From contig CP147779.1 in assembly GCA_037308085.1 (NCBI GenBank), positions 1,728,001-1,792,000 of the forward strand: 64,000 bases of DNA, written 5' to 3'. This stretch comes from Promethearchaeati archaeon SRVP18_Atabeyarchaeia-1 (lineage in GTDB: Archaea; Asgardarchaeota; Atabeyarchaeia; Atabeyarchaeales; Atabeyarchaeaceae). Position 1 is the stretch's first letter. Every line of letters begins with the position of its first letter. Shown here piece by piece: positions 50,160 through 60,390 of the stretch. Below the pieces are notes generated by a model that was not told the DNA's origin, searched no databases, and worked only from the letters and a program-made list of their open reading frames with translations. The translations under genes were made by a program, and so were the position numbers.

Positions 50160-50819
50160 TTGAGCGAAGCTGCCGGCAGAATGATAGCAGGAAATATCGT
50201 TCAGGGAATAAAGAAGGCAGGCGCGGTCCTCGGTCCAGGGTACGTGCAACTCGCGGCAAGATATTCGACCGCTTTCTTTGCCAAACTGATCGGCCAGACG
50301 CCACCCGAGGTCAAGGACATAGATGAGGCTCTTGAGTACGCAATTGGGAACATGAAGATCTTCATGAATGGCTATGAAGCATTCGCATATGGCGCCCTCA
50401 AGGCTGAGAGTACCATCCAAGGAGCCACTGGATCCGTTATCAGAATGGTAGCTAAGACCTCGACGGCTCACACGTTTGAGGAGGCTGGTTTCGGCAAGGC
50501 ACTAGGAAAGGCAAGTACTGCTCCAGAGGCCTTAAGGAAGTACTACTCTTCGCTTGTCAAGCTCGGCTCGATGAGGGAACAGGACCTAAAGTTTACCGAT
50601 TCTGGCGCAGAGCTGAAGTTGGATATCGACAATTGCCCGTTCGCTGATGCATGTCTGGCCGCAGTCGCTGAAGGCATTCCAAAGATCCTAGGCGGACACG
50701 AGTGTGTGAGGATTCTAGCTTTTGCAACAATAATCGAAGTCATGACGGGAAGGCAACAAGACTACAAGCTGACCAGACTGAGTCCGCCCAAGTGTGGCGG
50801 CACAATCCTCCAAGCGTAA
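50160..50819 (+). CDS. Hypothetical protein with four-Cys V4R-like domain; paralog of 6417..7070
   Basis: KAES..QGA.G and CPFADAC...C...DY...PPKC shared with the paralog. Confidence 0.7.
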   Translation: MSEAAGRMIAGNIVQGIKKAGAVLGPGYVQLAARYSTAFFAKLIGQTPPEVKDIDEALEYAIGNMKIFMNGYEAFAYGALKAESTIQGATGSVIRMVAKTSTAHTFEEAGFGKALGKASTAPEALRKYYSSLVKLGSMREQDLKFTDSGAELKLDIDNCPFADACLAAVAEGIPKILGGHECVRILAFATIIEVMTGRQQDYKLTRLSPPKCGGTILQA

Positions 50820-50861
50820 GAGATCCCAACACAGGATATCTCATTTCTTCGCCGTCGGATT

Positions 50862-51134
50862 CTACACTAGCTGGGATCGTTGCAGGCGATCCGTCCCCAT
50901 GACCTGAAGTACCTTATTCACGCCATTGACCCCGTCGACTACTGGCAGTGCTATCTTCCACCGCAGTTCACTCGGCAGCCTCGAGAAGTTTGCCGTCTGG
51001 CATTTTCGCCGTCAACTGCCCCTACTGTAGCCGCATACTGCTACACCTCGTGGTCTCCCATGACTCCCCCGATCTGATGTGAAATACCGCGGCGTTGGCT
51101 CGTCGAACCTTCCTCTCCAGGTCCAGCATTGATC
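50862..51134 (-). pseudogene. guaA: Decayed copy of the guaA 3' end
   Basis: Exact 18-bp (51050..51067 = 52081..52098) and 15-bp (50983..50997 = 52013..52027) matches at 67 versus 68 bp spacing; reads GVMGDH..*QY..V.AV..E.A / TANFSRLP...IAL.VVD.V.GVNKVL. Confidence 0.9.
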
Positions 51135-51141
51135 TACTCCA

Positions 51142-51759
51142 TCAGACGGTTTTCATCATTACGGTGCTTGGTCCGATGACAAGTGCGGTTGAATGCGCTT
51201 TCAGAATATCGAACATCACCTTAAGTGCGTCGGCGCTTCCCCTTTCGGCGACGGTTTGCTGGTCATACGCGCATATCGCCGTCATGGGGAGATCCAGCGT
51301 TCTGTGAAGCGCTCTCTCATACTGGATAAGTTCTTCCGTCATATTGTTCTCGAAGAAGCATGCCATCTCTCCAGTCACCCTCAAGCCCTTGAAACCCCTT
51401 TTCTTTGAGTCTGCCAGCAAGTCCTTCCACATCTGCAAGGTTCTCGAGGGGTCAAACTTTCCGTCGATTATGTACCAGTCCTTGTAGTCCATTACTTTGA
51501 GGGCACCCTTCTGTTCATACTTGTCGACATCTATGCCGAACTTGCGCATTGCTCTTTTGCTCTCTTCGGGTGATTGCTGGCTAGCCACGTAGGCGGCCGC
51601 TTCTTTTCTTTCCAGGCCAGCTTTCAGGTATGTGAAGAGAACCTCGTTCTTGTCTTCGGTTCTTGTATAGAACAGTACTACGTGGTCTCTGGGTTTCATC
51701 TTCTTCACGAATTCAAGAACCTGGTTTCTCATGAACTCTGCGGTGACGTCCTTTTCCAA
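51142..51759 (-). CDS. Stand-alone MEDS domain protein
   Basis: DHVVLFY, GLRVTGEM and YE...AICAYD motifs. Confidence 0.88.
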   Translation of the reverse strand: MEKDVTAEFMRNQVLEFVKKMKPRDHVVLFYTRTEDKNEVLFTYLKAGLERKEAAAYVASQQSPEESKRAMRKFGIDVDKYEQKGALKVMDYKDWYIIDGKFDPSRTLQMWKDLLADSKKRGFKGLRVTGEMACFFENNMTEELIQYERALHRTLDLPMTAICAYDQQTVAERGSADALKVMFDILKAHSTALVIGPSTVMMKTV

Positions 51760-51891
51760 TTCAGATTCCCAGTTATCTATCTCTTCAGGGTTTTATAAAT
51801 CTCTGGCAGACCGTGCCGTTACAGAATGCCCATTTGAGTGGTATATAAGAAGATTATACATTGCGAACAGGGTTCCCCAGAGCTAGTTGTT

Positions 51892-53469
51892 CTATTCCAG
51901 CTCGATTGTCGCTGGTGGTTTGTCGGTGATGTCATAGAGGATCCTGTTGACACCCTTGACTTCATCTACTATTCTCAAGGCGATCCGTTCAAGCAGATCC
52001 CAAGGTAGCTTTGAGAAGTTTGCCGTCATTGCGTCCTCGCTTTCAACCGCCCTTACAACCACCGAATACTGGTATGTTCTGTGGTCTCCCATGACTCCGA
52101 CCGTCTTAACTGGGAGTATTGCGGCGAACGCTTGCCAGAGCTTCCTCTCGAGTCCAGCCTTCTTGATTTCCTCTCTGACAATTGCGTCTGCGCCACGCAG
52201 AATCTCCAGCTTCTCTTTCGTGACTTCGCCTGGGCATCTAACGGCAAGTCCTGGCCCTGGGAAAGGCTGGCGCCACGTAATCTCGTCCGGTATGCCCAGC
52301 TTCTCAGCGACAACTCGTACTTCGTCCTTGTAGAGGTCCCTAATAGGCTCGACAAGCTTCAGGTGCATCCACTCAGGGAGCACGACGTTGTGATGACTCT
52401 TGATACGTGATGACGTCTTAGTGGCTTGGGCGCTCTCAATCCTGTCAGGATAGATCGTGCCTTGTCCAAGGAATTCGAAGCCGCCATACTTCTCCTTAAG
52501 CTCCTCAGCCTTACTCTCAAAAACTTCGATGAAGGCTGATCCTATTATTCTCCTCTTTTGCTCCGAATCCTCGACCCCTTTCAGCTTCGACAAGAAGAGT
52601 TCGCTCGAATCTAGGAAGTAGAAATTCTTGAATCTAAGATGCTTGGTGAAAGTGCCCAGCACCTGTTCTGCTTCACCTTCCCTCAGCATCCCAGTGTCGA
52701 CGAATATGCAGTGCAGGTTGTCTCCGATCGCTCTATGAATTAGCTCGGCAGCCACTGTCGAGTCGACCCCTCCGCTGACGCCCATGACGACTCTTCCTTC
52801 GCCGACCTGATCTTTGACTTGCTTCACGGTTGCTTGAATGAAATCTAGGGGGTTCCATGTGGGGGCAAGCTTGCATATGTTCAGAACAAAGTTACTCAGT
52901 ATCTTGATACCATTCACGGTGTGCCGAACCTCTGGGTGGAACTGAACCGAGTAAATGCCCATTGCCTTCGAACGGAAAGCCGCGTTCGGGCAGATCTCGG
53001 TAGAGGCTATTCTCTCAAACCCTGGAGGCAGTGATACAACTTGGTCTCCGTGGCTCATCCACACTGTCTCTTCCTTATTCAAGCCCTTTAGAAGGTCGCT
53101 CCGGTCATTCACAGTGAGCTTCACTTTGCCGTATTCTCTGCTACTGGTTGGTTCGACTTTTCCGCCGAACAGGTGAGCTATTAGCTGGTGACCGTAGCAT
53201 ATTCCGAGTACGTGGATCCCTCGCTTAGTAAGGGACTCAATGAGACTTCTGCTCATTGTCGGAGCCCCTTCATCGTACACGCTACTAGGTCCGCCTGAAA
53301 GTATTACTCCACCTAACCATTTCTCCCCTAGTAGTTTCTCGTCAACGACGTCACTGTACGCAATCAATTCGGAGTAGGCTCCCACTTCCCGGATCCGTCT
53401 TGTTATCAGGTGAGCATATTGGCCGCCGAAATCGATGACGAGTATAAACTTCCTCTCTTCACTTTCCAT
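51892..53469 (-). CDS. guaA: Glutamine-hydrolysing GMP synthase (fused form)
   Basis: GICYGHQ, QFHPE, SGGVDS, IKSHHN and KPPATIE motifs. Confidence 0.97.
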   Translation of the reverse strand: MESEERKFILVIDFGGQYAHLITRRIREVGAYSELIAYSDVVDEKLLGEKWLGGVILSGGPSSVYDEGAPTMSRSLIESLTKRGIHVLGICYGHQLIAHLFGGKVEPTSSREYGKVKLTVNDRSDLLKGLNKEETVWMSHGDQVVSLPPGFERIASTEICPNAAFRSKAMGIYSVQFHPEVRHTVNGIKILSNFVLNICKLAPTWNPLDFIQATVKQVKDQVGEGRVVMGVSGGVDSTVAAELIHRAIGDNLHCIFVDTGMLREGEAEQVLGTFTKHLRFKNFYFLDSSELFLSKLKGVEDSEQKRRIIGSAFIEVFESKAEELKEKYGGFEFLGQGTIYPDRIESAQATKTSSRIKSHHNVVLPEWMHLKLVEPIRDLYKDEVRVVAEKLGIPDEITWRQPFPGPGLAVRCPGEVTKEKLEILRGADAIVREEIKKAGLERKLWQAFAAILPVKTVGVMGDHRTYQYSVVVRAVESEDAMTANFSKLPWDLLERIALRIVDEVKGVNRILYDITDKPPATIELE

Positions 53470-53539
53470 GCCTGCGCCGCCTCGGAGGATAGTGATCCAG
53501 ACTGGGCTGACCGTGAATCTCAACGCAAATGAATAGATG

Positions 53540-53662
53540 CTCTACCTTCTTAACGTTTTTCGGGGCAAGGTAGTACTGAAACAGGAGGAAATAGCGGCAA
53601 AAGCAGGATTCCTCGTCTAAGTTCTTGCCGCAACTTGCCCACTGCTTGGACAGAGCTTCTCG
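53540..53662 (-). pseudogene. Decayed copy of the amidohydrolase 3' end
   Basis: EAL..AVG..KNLDEE...LAPKNVKKV versus parent DALKAIGIKNFTPKE..ILGENAKKL. Confidence 0.45.
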
Positions 53663-53664
53663 CA

Positions 53665-54201
53665 CTACTTAGTCTCGAATCTCTCTACGATCTTCTGGTA
53701 CTTCTCGTGGATCAACTTTCTGTCGAACTCCCAGAACTCCTGAAGCATTGCATCTTGTTCCTGCTTCGTGAAGTAGTCCAGTATGGGGAAGAAGAAGTGC
53801 TTGTCCTCCTTCTCGATGTGCTTCGGGTAGAATTCGGCTAGCGCTCCTAGCTTGGCAGTGATTTCCTTCAAGGCGTTACTGTTGCCCTGAACGTACTTGT
53901 CCTTGGCGGCAACTAGCTCGCCAACCGTTTTTCTGGCGTAGACGTGCTCCTCTACCAGTTCATCCACAGTCTTCTTGTGCCCTGGCGAGAGCTTCTTCTT
54001 CGCCAGATCTCTGAAAAGTATGTCCTCTTCTTTGCCGTGGTGGCACCTGTCCGCATATGTTCTTGCGAAGTCGACATAGGTGTCGATGAAGATGGGATCA
54101 GCCTTCTTTCCTCTTTCTATTTTGTTCAACTCTTCTTTCACAATCGCGATCATGCGCTCGATCAGCCTGTGTTCAATCATTAATGGACCAATCGGCTTCA
54201 A
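53665..54201 (-). CDS. Hemerythrin (HHE) domain protein
   Basis: EHRLIE, CHHGKEED, EEH and HIEKED motifs. Confidence 0.9.
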   Translation of the reverse strand: MKPIGPLMIEHRLIERMIAIVKEELNKIERGKKADPIFIDTYVDFARTYADRCHHGKEEDILFRDLAKKKLSPGHKKTVDELVEEHVYARKTVGELVAAKDKYVQGNSNALKEITAKLGALAEFYPKHIEKEDKHFFFPILDYFTKQEQDAMLQEFWEFDRKLIHEKYQKIVERFETK

Positions 54202-54271
54202 TTGAGATCACCCTCCAAACTAGCTTGCAAAGGAATACGTGTCTCAGGTCTTTTGGATCTTTCTGCAGTTA

Positions 54272-55216
54272 TCAAATCTTTAGGAGCTTCTTGGCGTTCT
54301 CGCCTAGGATCTCACTTCTTTCCTTGGGCGTGAAGTTCTTGATGCCAATTGCTTTCAATGCATCTGGGACCTGGTACTCCCTTATGAATTTCACCCAATC
54401 CTTCTGGCTTAGTACTGATTTGGCCCATCCCCAATCAGATCCGAACAGGATCCTTGAGTGGGCTGTGTTTACGAGTCTTCTCAGTGACATGACAAGATAG
54501 TTTATGTCATAGTAGTGAGATGTCTGTCCCCACGCTGAAATGTCAGCGTAGACGTTTGGTCTCGTTATCAGGATAGCGATAACTTCGTCGAGCCATGCTC
54601 CCCATCCAGCGTGTGCCATAATTATCTGTAGCTCGGGGAATTTGCCGGCTGCCTCATCGATATACATTGGGTGCGTACATTTCATGTAGAAAGGCCCGGA
54701 CACGGGACCAGTGTGGGACAATACGGGAACGCCATAATCCAAGGCTATCCTATATACTGGCGTGCAGGCGTCATCACTCGGATAGAAACCCGTTGGTGGG
54801 TAAAACTTGATCCCCTTCATTCCCCACTCCTTCAGACCACGCTCAACGGTCTCCACGGCATTCTTGCGGCGCGGGTCAACCGCAATGAATCCGACAAGCC
54901 GGTCGGGGTATTTCTTCACGGCATCAAGAACGAACTTGTTGCACTCATCTATTTCTGCTCCCACCCGGAGCCCTGGAACAAAGCCCTTTCCCCAGTCAAC
55001 GGTGAAAACCACACTCTTGTCGATTCCCGCCCCATCCATCTCTTTGATCAGCTTCTCGGGGTTCCCGTCGATCATGTCTTGCATCAGGGCACCTTTCATT
55101 ATGTCCTCTCTTTTCAGTCCCAATCCGATAGCATACTGATCTGCGATGCCTTCAATCATGTTTTCTGTGTAGTGCTTTCTCAGGTAGACATGCACGTGCG
55201 AATCTATGACAACCAT
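54272..55216 (-). CDS. Amidohydrolase_2 family protein
   Basis: DSHVH, GIKFYP, HTG, AHAG and FGSDW motifs. Confidence 0.9.
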   Translation of the reverse strand: MVVIDSHVHVYLRKHYTENMIEGIADQYAIGLGLKREDIMKGALMQDMIDGNPEKLIKEMDGAGIDKSVVFTVDWGKGFVPGLRVGAEIDECNKFVLDAVKKYPDRLVGFIAVDPRRKNAVETVERGLKEWGMKGIKFYPPTGFYPSDDACTPVYRIALDYGVPVLSHTGPVSGPFYMKCTHPMYIDEAAGKFPELQIIMAHAGWGAWLDEVIAILITRPNVYADISAWGQTSHYYDINYLVMSLRRLVNTAHSRILFGSDWGWAKSVLSQKDWVKFIREYQVPDALKAIGIKNFTPKERSEILGENAKKLLKI

Positions 55217-55379
55217 ATCTGCCTCTTCCTCCTTCCACATTTTCGTCCCGAAGATGGCTAGTATCTCCTTGCATCTTCCATATATACTTCGTTTCTGGAA
55301 TCACTTAGTCCCTAGGTTTCCGTCTGCTATTCTCCTCGAAAATACGGCACTTGATCCACTAGATTGTAGTAGGAGGTAT

Positions 55380-55937
55380 TTACAGGGGCAATTGAAGCGT
55401 CTCAAGCAGCTTCGTGAGAATTATGTAGGTCAACCCCCAGATGACACTATCGCCGATGAGGTAAGCTGGGAAGGCTCCAAAGTTGAATTTGACGCTGCCT
55501 CTGCTCCTGATAAGCTGTTTAGGGTCGACCCAGATGTAGCGCTCCAACTCTTCGGCACTCAGTTTTATTTCAGGGTCATGCTCAAGCACGAAGACAAATG
55601 GCAATACGGTCATGCCAGGTCTGACCGCTGACCTCACGGGCTCCAATACCCCAAGAAATCGACAGCGATTAGCGAGGTCAATATTGGTCTCTTCTAAGGT
55701 TTCTCTAATGACCGTTTCCTTGAGACTTCGATCCCCAGGCTCGCGCCTTCCACCAGGCAGAGCCATCTGCCCCGACCAGGGATCCTTTGGGTTCTCAACC
55801 CTCTTAACAACAAGAAGTCTTAGATTCCTATCGGCTTCTCTCAGCAATATTGCGACGGCGGCTACTGCCTGCGTTTCTTCAGAGAACTTCGTCAGTTTTC
55901 TTGACAGTGCTTCCACGTCTCTCAAAGCAGGATCCAA
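55380..55937 (-). CDS. Nudix hydrolase (CoA pyrophosphatase-like)
   Basis: WSGQMALPGG...RETLEET and IWGLT motifs. Confidence 0.88.
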   Translation of the reverse strand: MDPALRDVEALSRKLTKFSEETQAVAAVAILLREADRNLRLLVVKRVENPKDPWSGQMALPGGRREPGDRSLKETVIRETLEETNIDLANRCRFLGVLEPVRSAVRPGMTVLPFVFVLEHDPEIKLSAEELERYIWVDPKQLIRSRGSVKFNFGAFPAYLIGDSVIWGLTYIILTKLLETLQLPL

Positions 55938-56044
55938 AGTCGATCGCCCTCGCCGTTTCTCCGGCCATTATTGTGATCATCCGATAACCTTTCTCACTCC
56001 CATCCACCTTAATACACGTGAAATAAAAGCCTTTGGCAATAAGA

Positions 56045-56215
56045 TATTGCAGAACTAGAATAGTCTGCGAGGACGAAGAACGCAATAGCCTTCAACTCAT
56101 ATCGGAAACGCTAGCGAAGAGACGGCACAATTGACTCAGAGAAAGGCGGACCCTGGCTTGAACGTGACACAGTGTTGTGATGATGCTCTCGCTGGAACCA
56201 TGGAATCAGTCTTAG
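56045..56215 (-). pseudogene. Decayed copy of the alpha/beta hydrolase (57815..58621) 3' end
   Basis: TGGTTCCAGC-GA-GAG and CAGACTA-TTC-TAG match parent TGGTTCCAGCCGAAGAG and CAGACTACTTCATAG in order. Confidence 0.55.
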
Positions 56216-56246
56216 TCGCCCTAGATTCTCGTTATTCCAGGTTGAT

Positions 56247-57500
56247 CTATTGGCAAACAAACTCACAGTAGTCGTCGCCTTTTGCCACGCACTTTGTCTC
56301 AATGCACCTCACTGTCCTAGCGAGCAGCAATTCCATTACGCCTGCTATGAGACCCGCAAGATGCGGATTCATGGGTTTGTCGGAACTTCGGATCAGTGAA
56401 CAGAGTGCATTCCTTACCCGAAAAATCGAGCGGCCGTTGTCGAAGACCAGCAACTCCGCCAGCCCCATCCCCGAAGCTGATATGTAGCCAGCCAAGAGCT
56501 CAAGTACCCTCCTCGGATCCAGGTCGTCTAGTCTTAGGTTCATCGAAGAAAGCAGTTCCTTAATATTCTGTGCCCCGGCAGATTTTGCCCTATTGTACAT
56601 TTCTTCTGTTGCAGACTCGTAGGTGCCCTGGTCCATGAACTCCTCCATCAGTCTCGCCATGTTCTTCGCGTTGTTAAGGGTGAATCTTATGCCCATCAGA
56701 CTTATTGTTCCATCAGGATTATGCTTCAACTGGTTTCTCAGTGTACGGGTCAACTCAGCAGAAGCTGTCACTAGAGTGGGCTTGCCGTCGATGATATCGT
56801 AGGGAACCTCATTCAACTGGAAATCGGGAATCGGGGACTGCTTGACGCGAAGGAACCTCTGATACCTACCCTTGACCTCTCTAACAGTCAATACGATTAT
56901 CGAGTCACCCAGATCCTCAATGGCGGTGGCGATGCTTTCATCAAACATTTTTGGGTTGAAAAGCGCTAGGGTCACCATCCTATCTACCTTGATCAGTGTC
57001 CTAGCCATTCTACTTATTTTGTAGGCGGATTCGAACTTGTAGTTGGCCAGTGCCGAAGATGCCGAATATACGAGCATTCTCATGCCCTCGAATTTTCCGG
57101 ACTCAATTTGGCTCTTAGATATCTCCGCCAAGTCGTAGTATAGGCGGAGAAGCGAATTTGGGTCGCTAAGGCTCTTGCTTCTAAGTATTGGGCCTCGCCG
57201 CTCAGGGTCATATTCCCCCTCGCTGTAGAGGTCCGCTATGATCATGGAGCCAGATTCGAGGGCATTCTTCATGTCGACGCCGAGATCCGTTAGCTTTGCT
57301 ATGAAAGTACTGGGTGGCAGATCATACAGCAATATCGAACAGACGTCCCGGTGGCGCAATCCTTCATTTATGAATGCTACTATAAAAGAAAGCTCTTGAG
57401 TTCCACGCTCAACTTCTAGGTAAGTGGTAGAGCGATTGGTCAGTCCACCGCCCAGCAGCCGATCAACCTCAGGAACCCCGAAGCTCACGACATCAGACAT
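56247..57500 (-). CDS. KaiC/RAD55-like ATPase (degenerate Walker A) fused to V4R
   Basis: FGVPEVDRLLGGG; Walker A replaced by VERGTQEL; C-terminal ETKCVAKGDDYCEF. Confidence 0.85.
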   Translation of the reverse strand: MSDVVSFGVPEVDRLLGGGLTNRSTTYLEVERGTQELSFIVAFINEGLRHRDVCSILLYDLPPSTFIAKLTDLGVDMKNALESGSMIIADLYSEGEYDPERRGPILRSKSLSDPNSLLRLYYDLAEISKSQIESGKFEGMRMLVYSASSALANYKFESAYKISRMARTLIKVDRMVTLALFNPKMFDESIATAIEDLGDSIIVLTVREVKGRYQRFLRVKQSPIPDFQLNEVPYDIIDGKPTLVTASAELTRTLRNQLKHNPDGTISLMGIRFTLNNAKNMARLMEEFMDQGTYESATEEMYNRAKSAGAQNIKELLSSMNLRLDDLDPRRVLELLAGYISASGMGLAELLVFDNGRSIFRVRNALCSLIRSSDKPMNPHLAGLIAGVMELLLARTVRCIETKCVAKGDDYCEFVCQ

Positions 57501-57619
57501 GTTAGAACCTCCCGCCGAGAAAATCTATCTCGAAACTTCCGTATTAGGTTTTTGGGGCGGTTGGGGATCATGACAGCCTCGAGTTGCAAGCTCGCAAGCT
57601 TCAGCGGTGGATAACTGAC

Positions 57620-57814
57620 TTGTCGACGAGACACCTAATGCCCAGGCAATACGATTTCGGAATCGGATTATCTCTCGGAATCATAGGGGTACCTTGCCGC
57701 ACACCTTGTGTTGCGTCACTCGAGTACTCTGAGAGTGACAGCCTGTACGTAACCGTGAGTAAATGCTTCCATGGAAAGGGAGGATGCCTTGTCCTGAAGC
57801 TGATGGCTCCTGAT
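57620..57814 (-). pseudogene. Decayed copy of the acyl-CoA synthetase 3' end
   Basis: Collinear remnants I.E.I..RHP, AV.L, AARY and F..IA versus parent IEEVIARHP, AAVVL, AAKY and DFPRNIAG. Confidence 0.4.
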
Positions 57815-58621
57815 CTAGGACTTGGGCTTCTTCTTGGATTCATCGATGAAGTATAGTATCAAGTCTATGAAGTAGTCTGGTCTCTCCATTAGTGCGCCGT
57901 GCCCTGCGAAAGGAATAACAGCTATCTTCGAATTCTGGATTTCCTTGTGGATCAGTTCAGCCTCTTCGGCTGGAACCACTTCGTCTTCCCTGCCATGAAT
58001 GATCAGTGTCGGAACCGTGATCTTCTTGATGTCCTTCTCCATTACCGGGGGGCTCTTCATGTACCCCTGCTGAACCCGTGCTGAGGTCTTTGCTTCCCTG
58101 GTCTTCATGGAATCCGCAAATCTCTTGATTGCATCCTTGTGTCTGCGCGCAAACATTGGGTGGAAGATGTCCTTGATCTCGGCGTCGATATATGCCTGCA
58201 ATCCTTTTTCAGCAAACGCTTTTGCCCATGCTCCTGCGACCTGTATTGACTTGGCAGGCATTCTGGACGTCGTGTCTATGAGGATTAGACCCTCGACTTT
58301 CTCCGGATGTGTCAAAGCCATCTTCTGTGCTACAAATCCACCCATGCTGATTCCGCAAATGTACGCCTTGTCTACCTTGAGCACGTCAAGGAGTGCTGCA
58401 ACATCGTCGGCGAACATGTCTTGGGTGTAGGGCATATCCGGTTTCTCGGATTTCCCGTGTCCTCTCAAATCCACGGCTATGCATCGGATCTCCTTTGACA
58501 TATCTGGAGTCACTTCTGACCATTCAGTCGAGTCTCCTCCCACTCCATGTATTAATACTAAAGGTGTTCCTTTTCCAGTATCCTCATAATACATCATGAA
58601 GTCCTTCACTTTTGCTTTCAA
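57815..58621 (-). CDS. Alpha/beta hydrolase (enol-lactonase-like)
   Basis: HG, DLRGHG, GISMGG, HGRED and AGH motifs. Confidence 0.92.
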   Translation of the reverse strand: MKAKVKDFMMYYEDTGKGTPLVLIHGVGGDSTEWSEVTPDMSKEIRCIAVDLRGHGKSEKPDMPYTQDMFADDVAALLDVLKVDKAYICGISMGGFVAQKMALTHPEKVEGLILIDTTSRMPAKSIQVAGAWAKAFAEKGLQAYIDAEIKDIFHPMFARRHKDAIKRFADSMKTREAKTSARVQQGYMKSPPVMEKDIKKITVPTLIIHGREDEVVPAEEAELIHKEIQNSKIAVIPFAGHGALMERPDYFIDLILYFIDESKKKPKS

Positions 58622-58666
58622 GATATTTTCTCTCCTCCTGATGCTTCTGGCTGTTCTCGCTACTCT

Positions 58667-60223
58667 CTACTTTTTGACCAAATACTCCTCACGCATTACC
58701 CGTTTAAGGATCTTCCCTGCTATATTGCGAGGGAAGTCCTCGCTGACAATGACTCTGCTTACGCGCTGATATTTCGCCGCCACGTTTTCGTTAATCCACT
58801 TTAGGAGAGATTCCTCAGTTGTGCTTCCAGGTTGGTTGAGGACAACTGCAGCAACTGGGGTTTCCCCCCATTTTGGATCGGGAATGCCGAAGACTGCGAC
58901 TTCTCTCACATCAGGATGTCTTGCAATGACCTCCTCGATGTCCCTGGGGTAGACTTTCACTCCTCCTGAATCTATCATATCCTTCTTCCGATCAACGAGA
59001 TATAGGTATCCATCGCTATCGACGTAGCCTACGTCCCCGGTGAACAACCAACCGTCTCTGATAGCCTGTTTGGTCTGGTCGGGACGCTTGTAATATCCTG
59101 GCATGAGTACAGGACCGCGGCCAATGATCTCGCCTATCTTCCCTGTTGGAACATCCTTTCCATCGTCGTCCACAATCCGCATCTGGAGCAATGGCCCTGG
59201 GGTTCCAACGGAGCTTGGCTTTCTTGGATAGTCATATTTGTCAAGAACTGTCACAAACCCTTCAGTCAGGCCGTAGAGCTCGTAGAATCGGCTAGGTAGG
59301 CGCTTATTCAATTCCTGCTTATGCTCCATCAATAGGGGAGCCCCGACGTTGCATATCATTTCAATTGATCGTAGCGCTTTGAGCGAGAACTTGGGTGAGC
59401 GGAGAATAGCAATGATCTGCGCAGGAACTACCATCATGTGGGTCACTTTTTCCTGTCTCACGGTTTCTATGAACAGATCTGGACTGAACGCGGGAAGAAG
59501 AACGAAAGTACAACCCATGTAGAGGGCGGGCATCAAAGTCACAAAAGTAGCGTTAAATACGATTGAACCGGAGTGTAGCATTACTGATTCTGGCGTCATC
59601 CTGAAGACTGGGGGAAAAGTCAAGGCGTACATTAGCCGGATGTAGTGGGTGTGGACTATTCCTTTGGGCAGTCCTGTCGTCCCACTGCTGTAGATGATGT
59701 TGAAAGGATCATTCTCGCTGATTTCTATACCTTGAGGTTCCTGATCGCTGGCGTCAGCCTTCACATCGTTATAGTACCTGTACCCAGGCATGTCTGGTGA
59801 ATCGACAACCAGGTAGCCATCATCCATTATACCGGTAAGCTCGGGTCTGATCTCTTCAACAATCTTAGCGAGAATAGAGTTGGTGATTATCACCTTTGAA
59901 TCAGAGTCTTCGAGAAGAGACTTTAACCCCTTTGGCAGAAGCATTGTGCTAAGTGGCACTACAACTGCCCCTGTTTTTGCCGCAGCCCAGTACGTTTCAA
60001 GCAATTCAACGCAGTTTGTGAGCAGAGTCGCTACTTTATCGCCTTTCTTGATCCCCATGCCAAGCAGGGCATTTGCAGCGCGGTTCACTTCCGCATTGAA
60101 TTGCCTGTAATTCAAACGCTTTTCCTTGAAGACGACTGCCGTGTGGCTAGGTCGATAGCGAGCGTGTCGGCTCAGAATCATTCCAATATTGATGGGATGG
60201 CCACGATCAATTGTACCAGACAT
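58667..60223 (-). CDS. Acyl-CoA synthetase (AMP-forming)
   Basis: YSSGTTGLPKG, YGLTE, TGD and DRKKD motifs. Confidence 0.93.
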   Translation of the reverse strand: MSGTIDRGHPINIGMILSRHARYRPSHTAVVFKEKRLNYRQFNAEVNRAANALLGMGIKKGDKVATLLTNCVELLETYWAAAKTGAVVVPLSTMLLPKGLKSLLEDSDSKVIITNSILAKIVEEIRPELTGIMDDGYLVVDSPDMPGYRYYNDVKADASDQEPQGIEISENDPFNIIYSSGTTGLPKGIVHTHYIRLMYALTFPPVFRMTPESVMLHSGSIVFNATFVTLMPALYMGCTFVLLPAFSPDLFIETVRQEKVTHMMVVPAQIIAILRSPKFSLKALRSIEMICNVGAPLLMEHKQELNKRLPSRFYELYGLTEGFVTVLDKYDYPRKPSSVGTPGPLLQMRIVDDDGKDVPTGKIGEIIGRGPVLMPGYYKRPDQTKQAIRDGWLFTGDVGYVDSDGYLYLVDRKKDMIDSGGVKVYPRDIEEVIARHPDVREVAVFGIPDPKWGETPVAAVVLNQPGSTTEESLLKWINENVAAKYQRVSRVIVSEDFPRNIAGKILKRVMREEYLVKK

Positions 60224-60390
60224 GGATCTCAGCCCCCTGTGTTGGGCGCTCCGTTGCCCAAGTTATCTTTTTCCTTGAGGTCTTGCTCAAGGCGTCGCTC
60301 CCCTTCTCGCCATCGGCTGCATTAATCTGGAAGCGCGAGTGAGTATGAGTTGCGTGAAAGGTTAGCTTCTGCTGAACATGATCTCCATCT

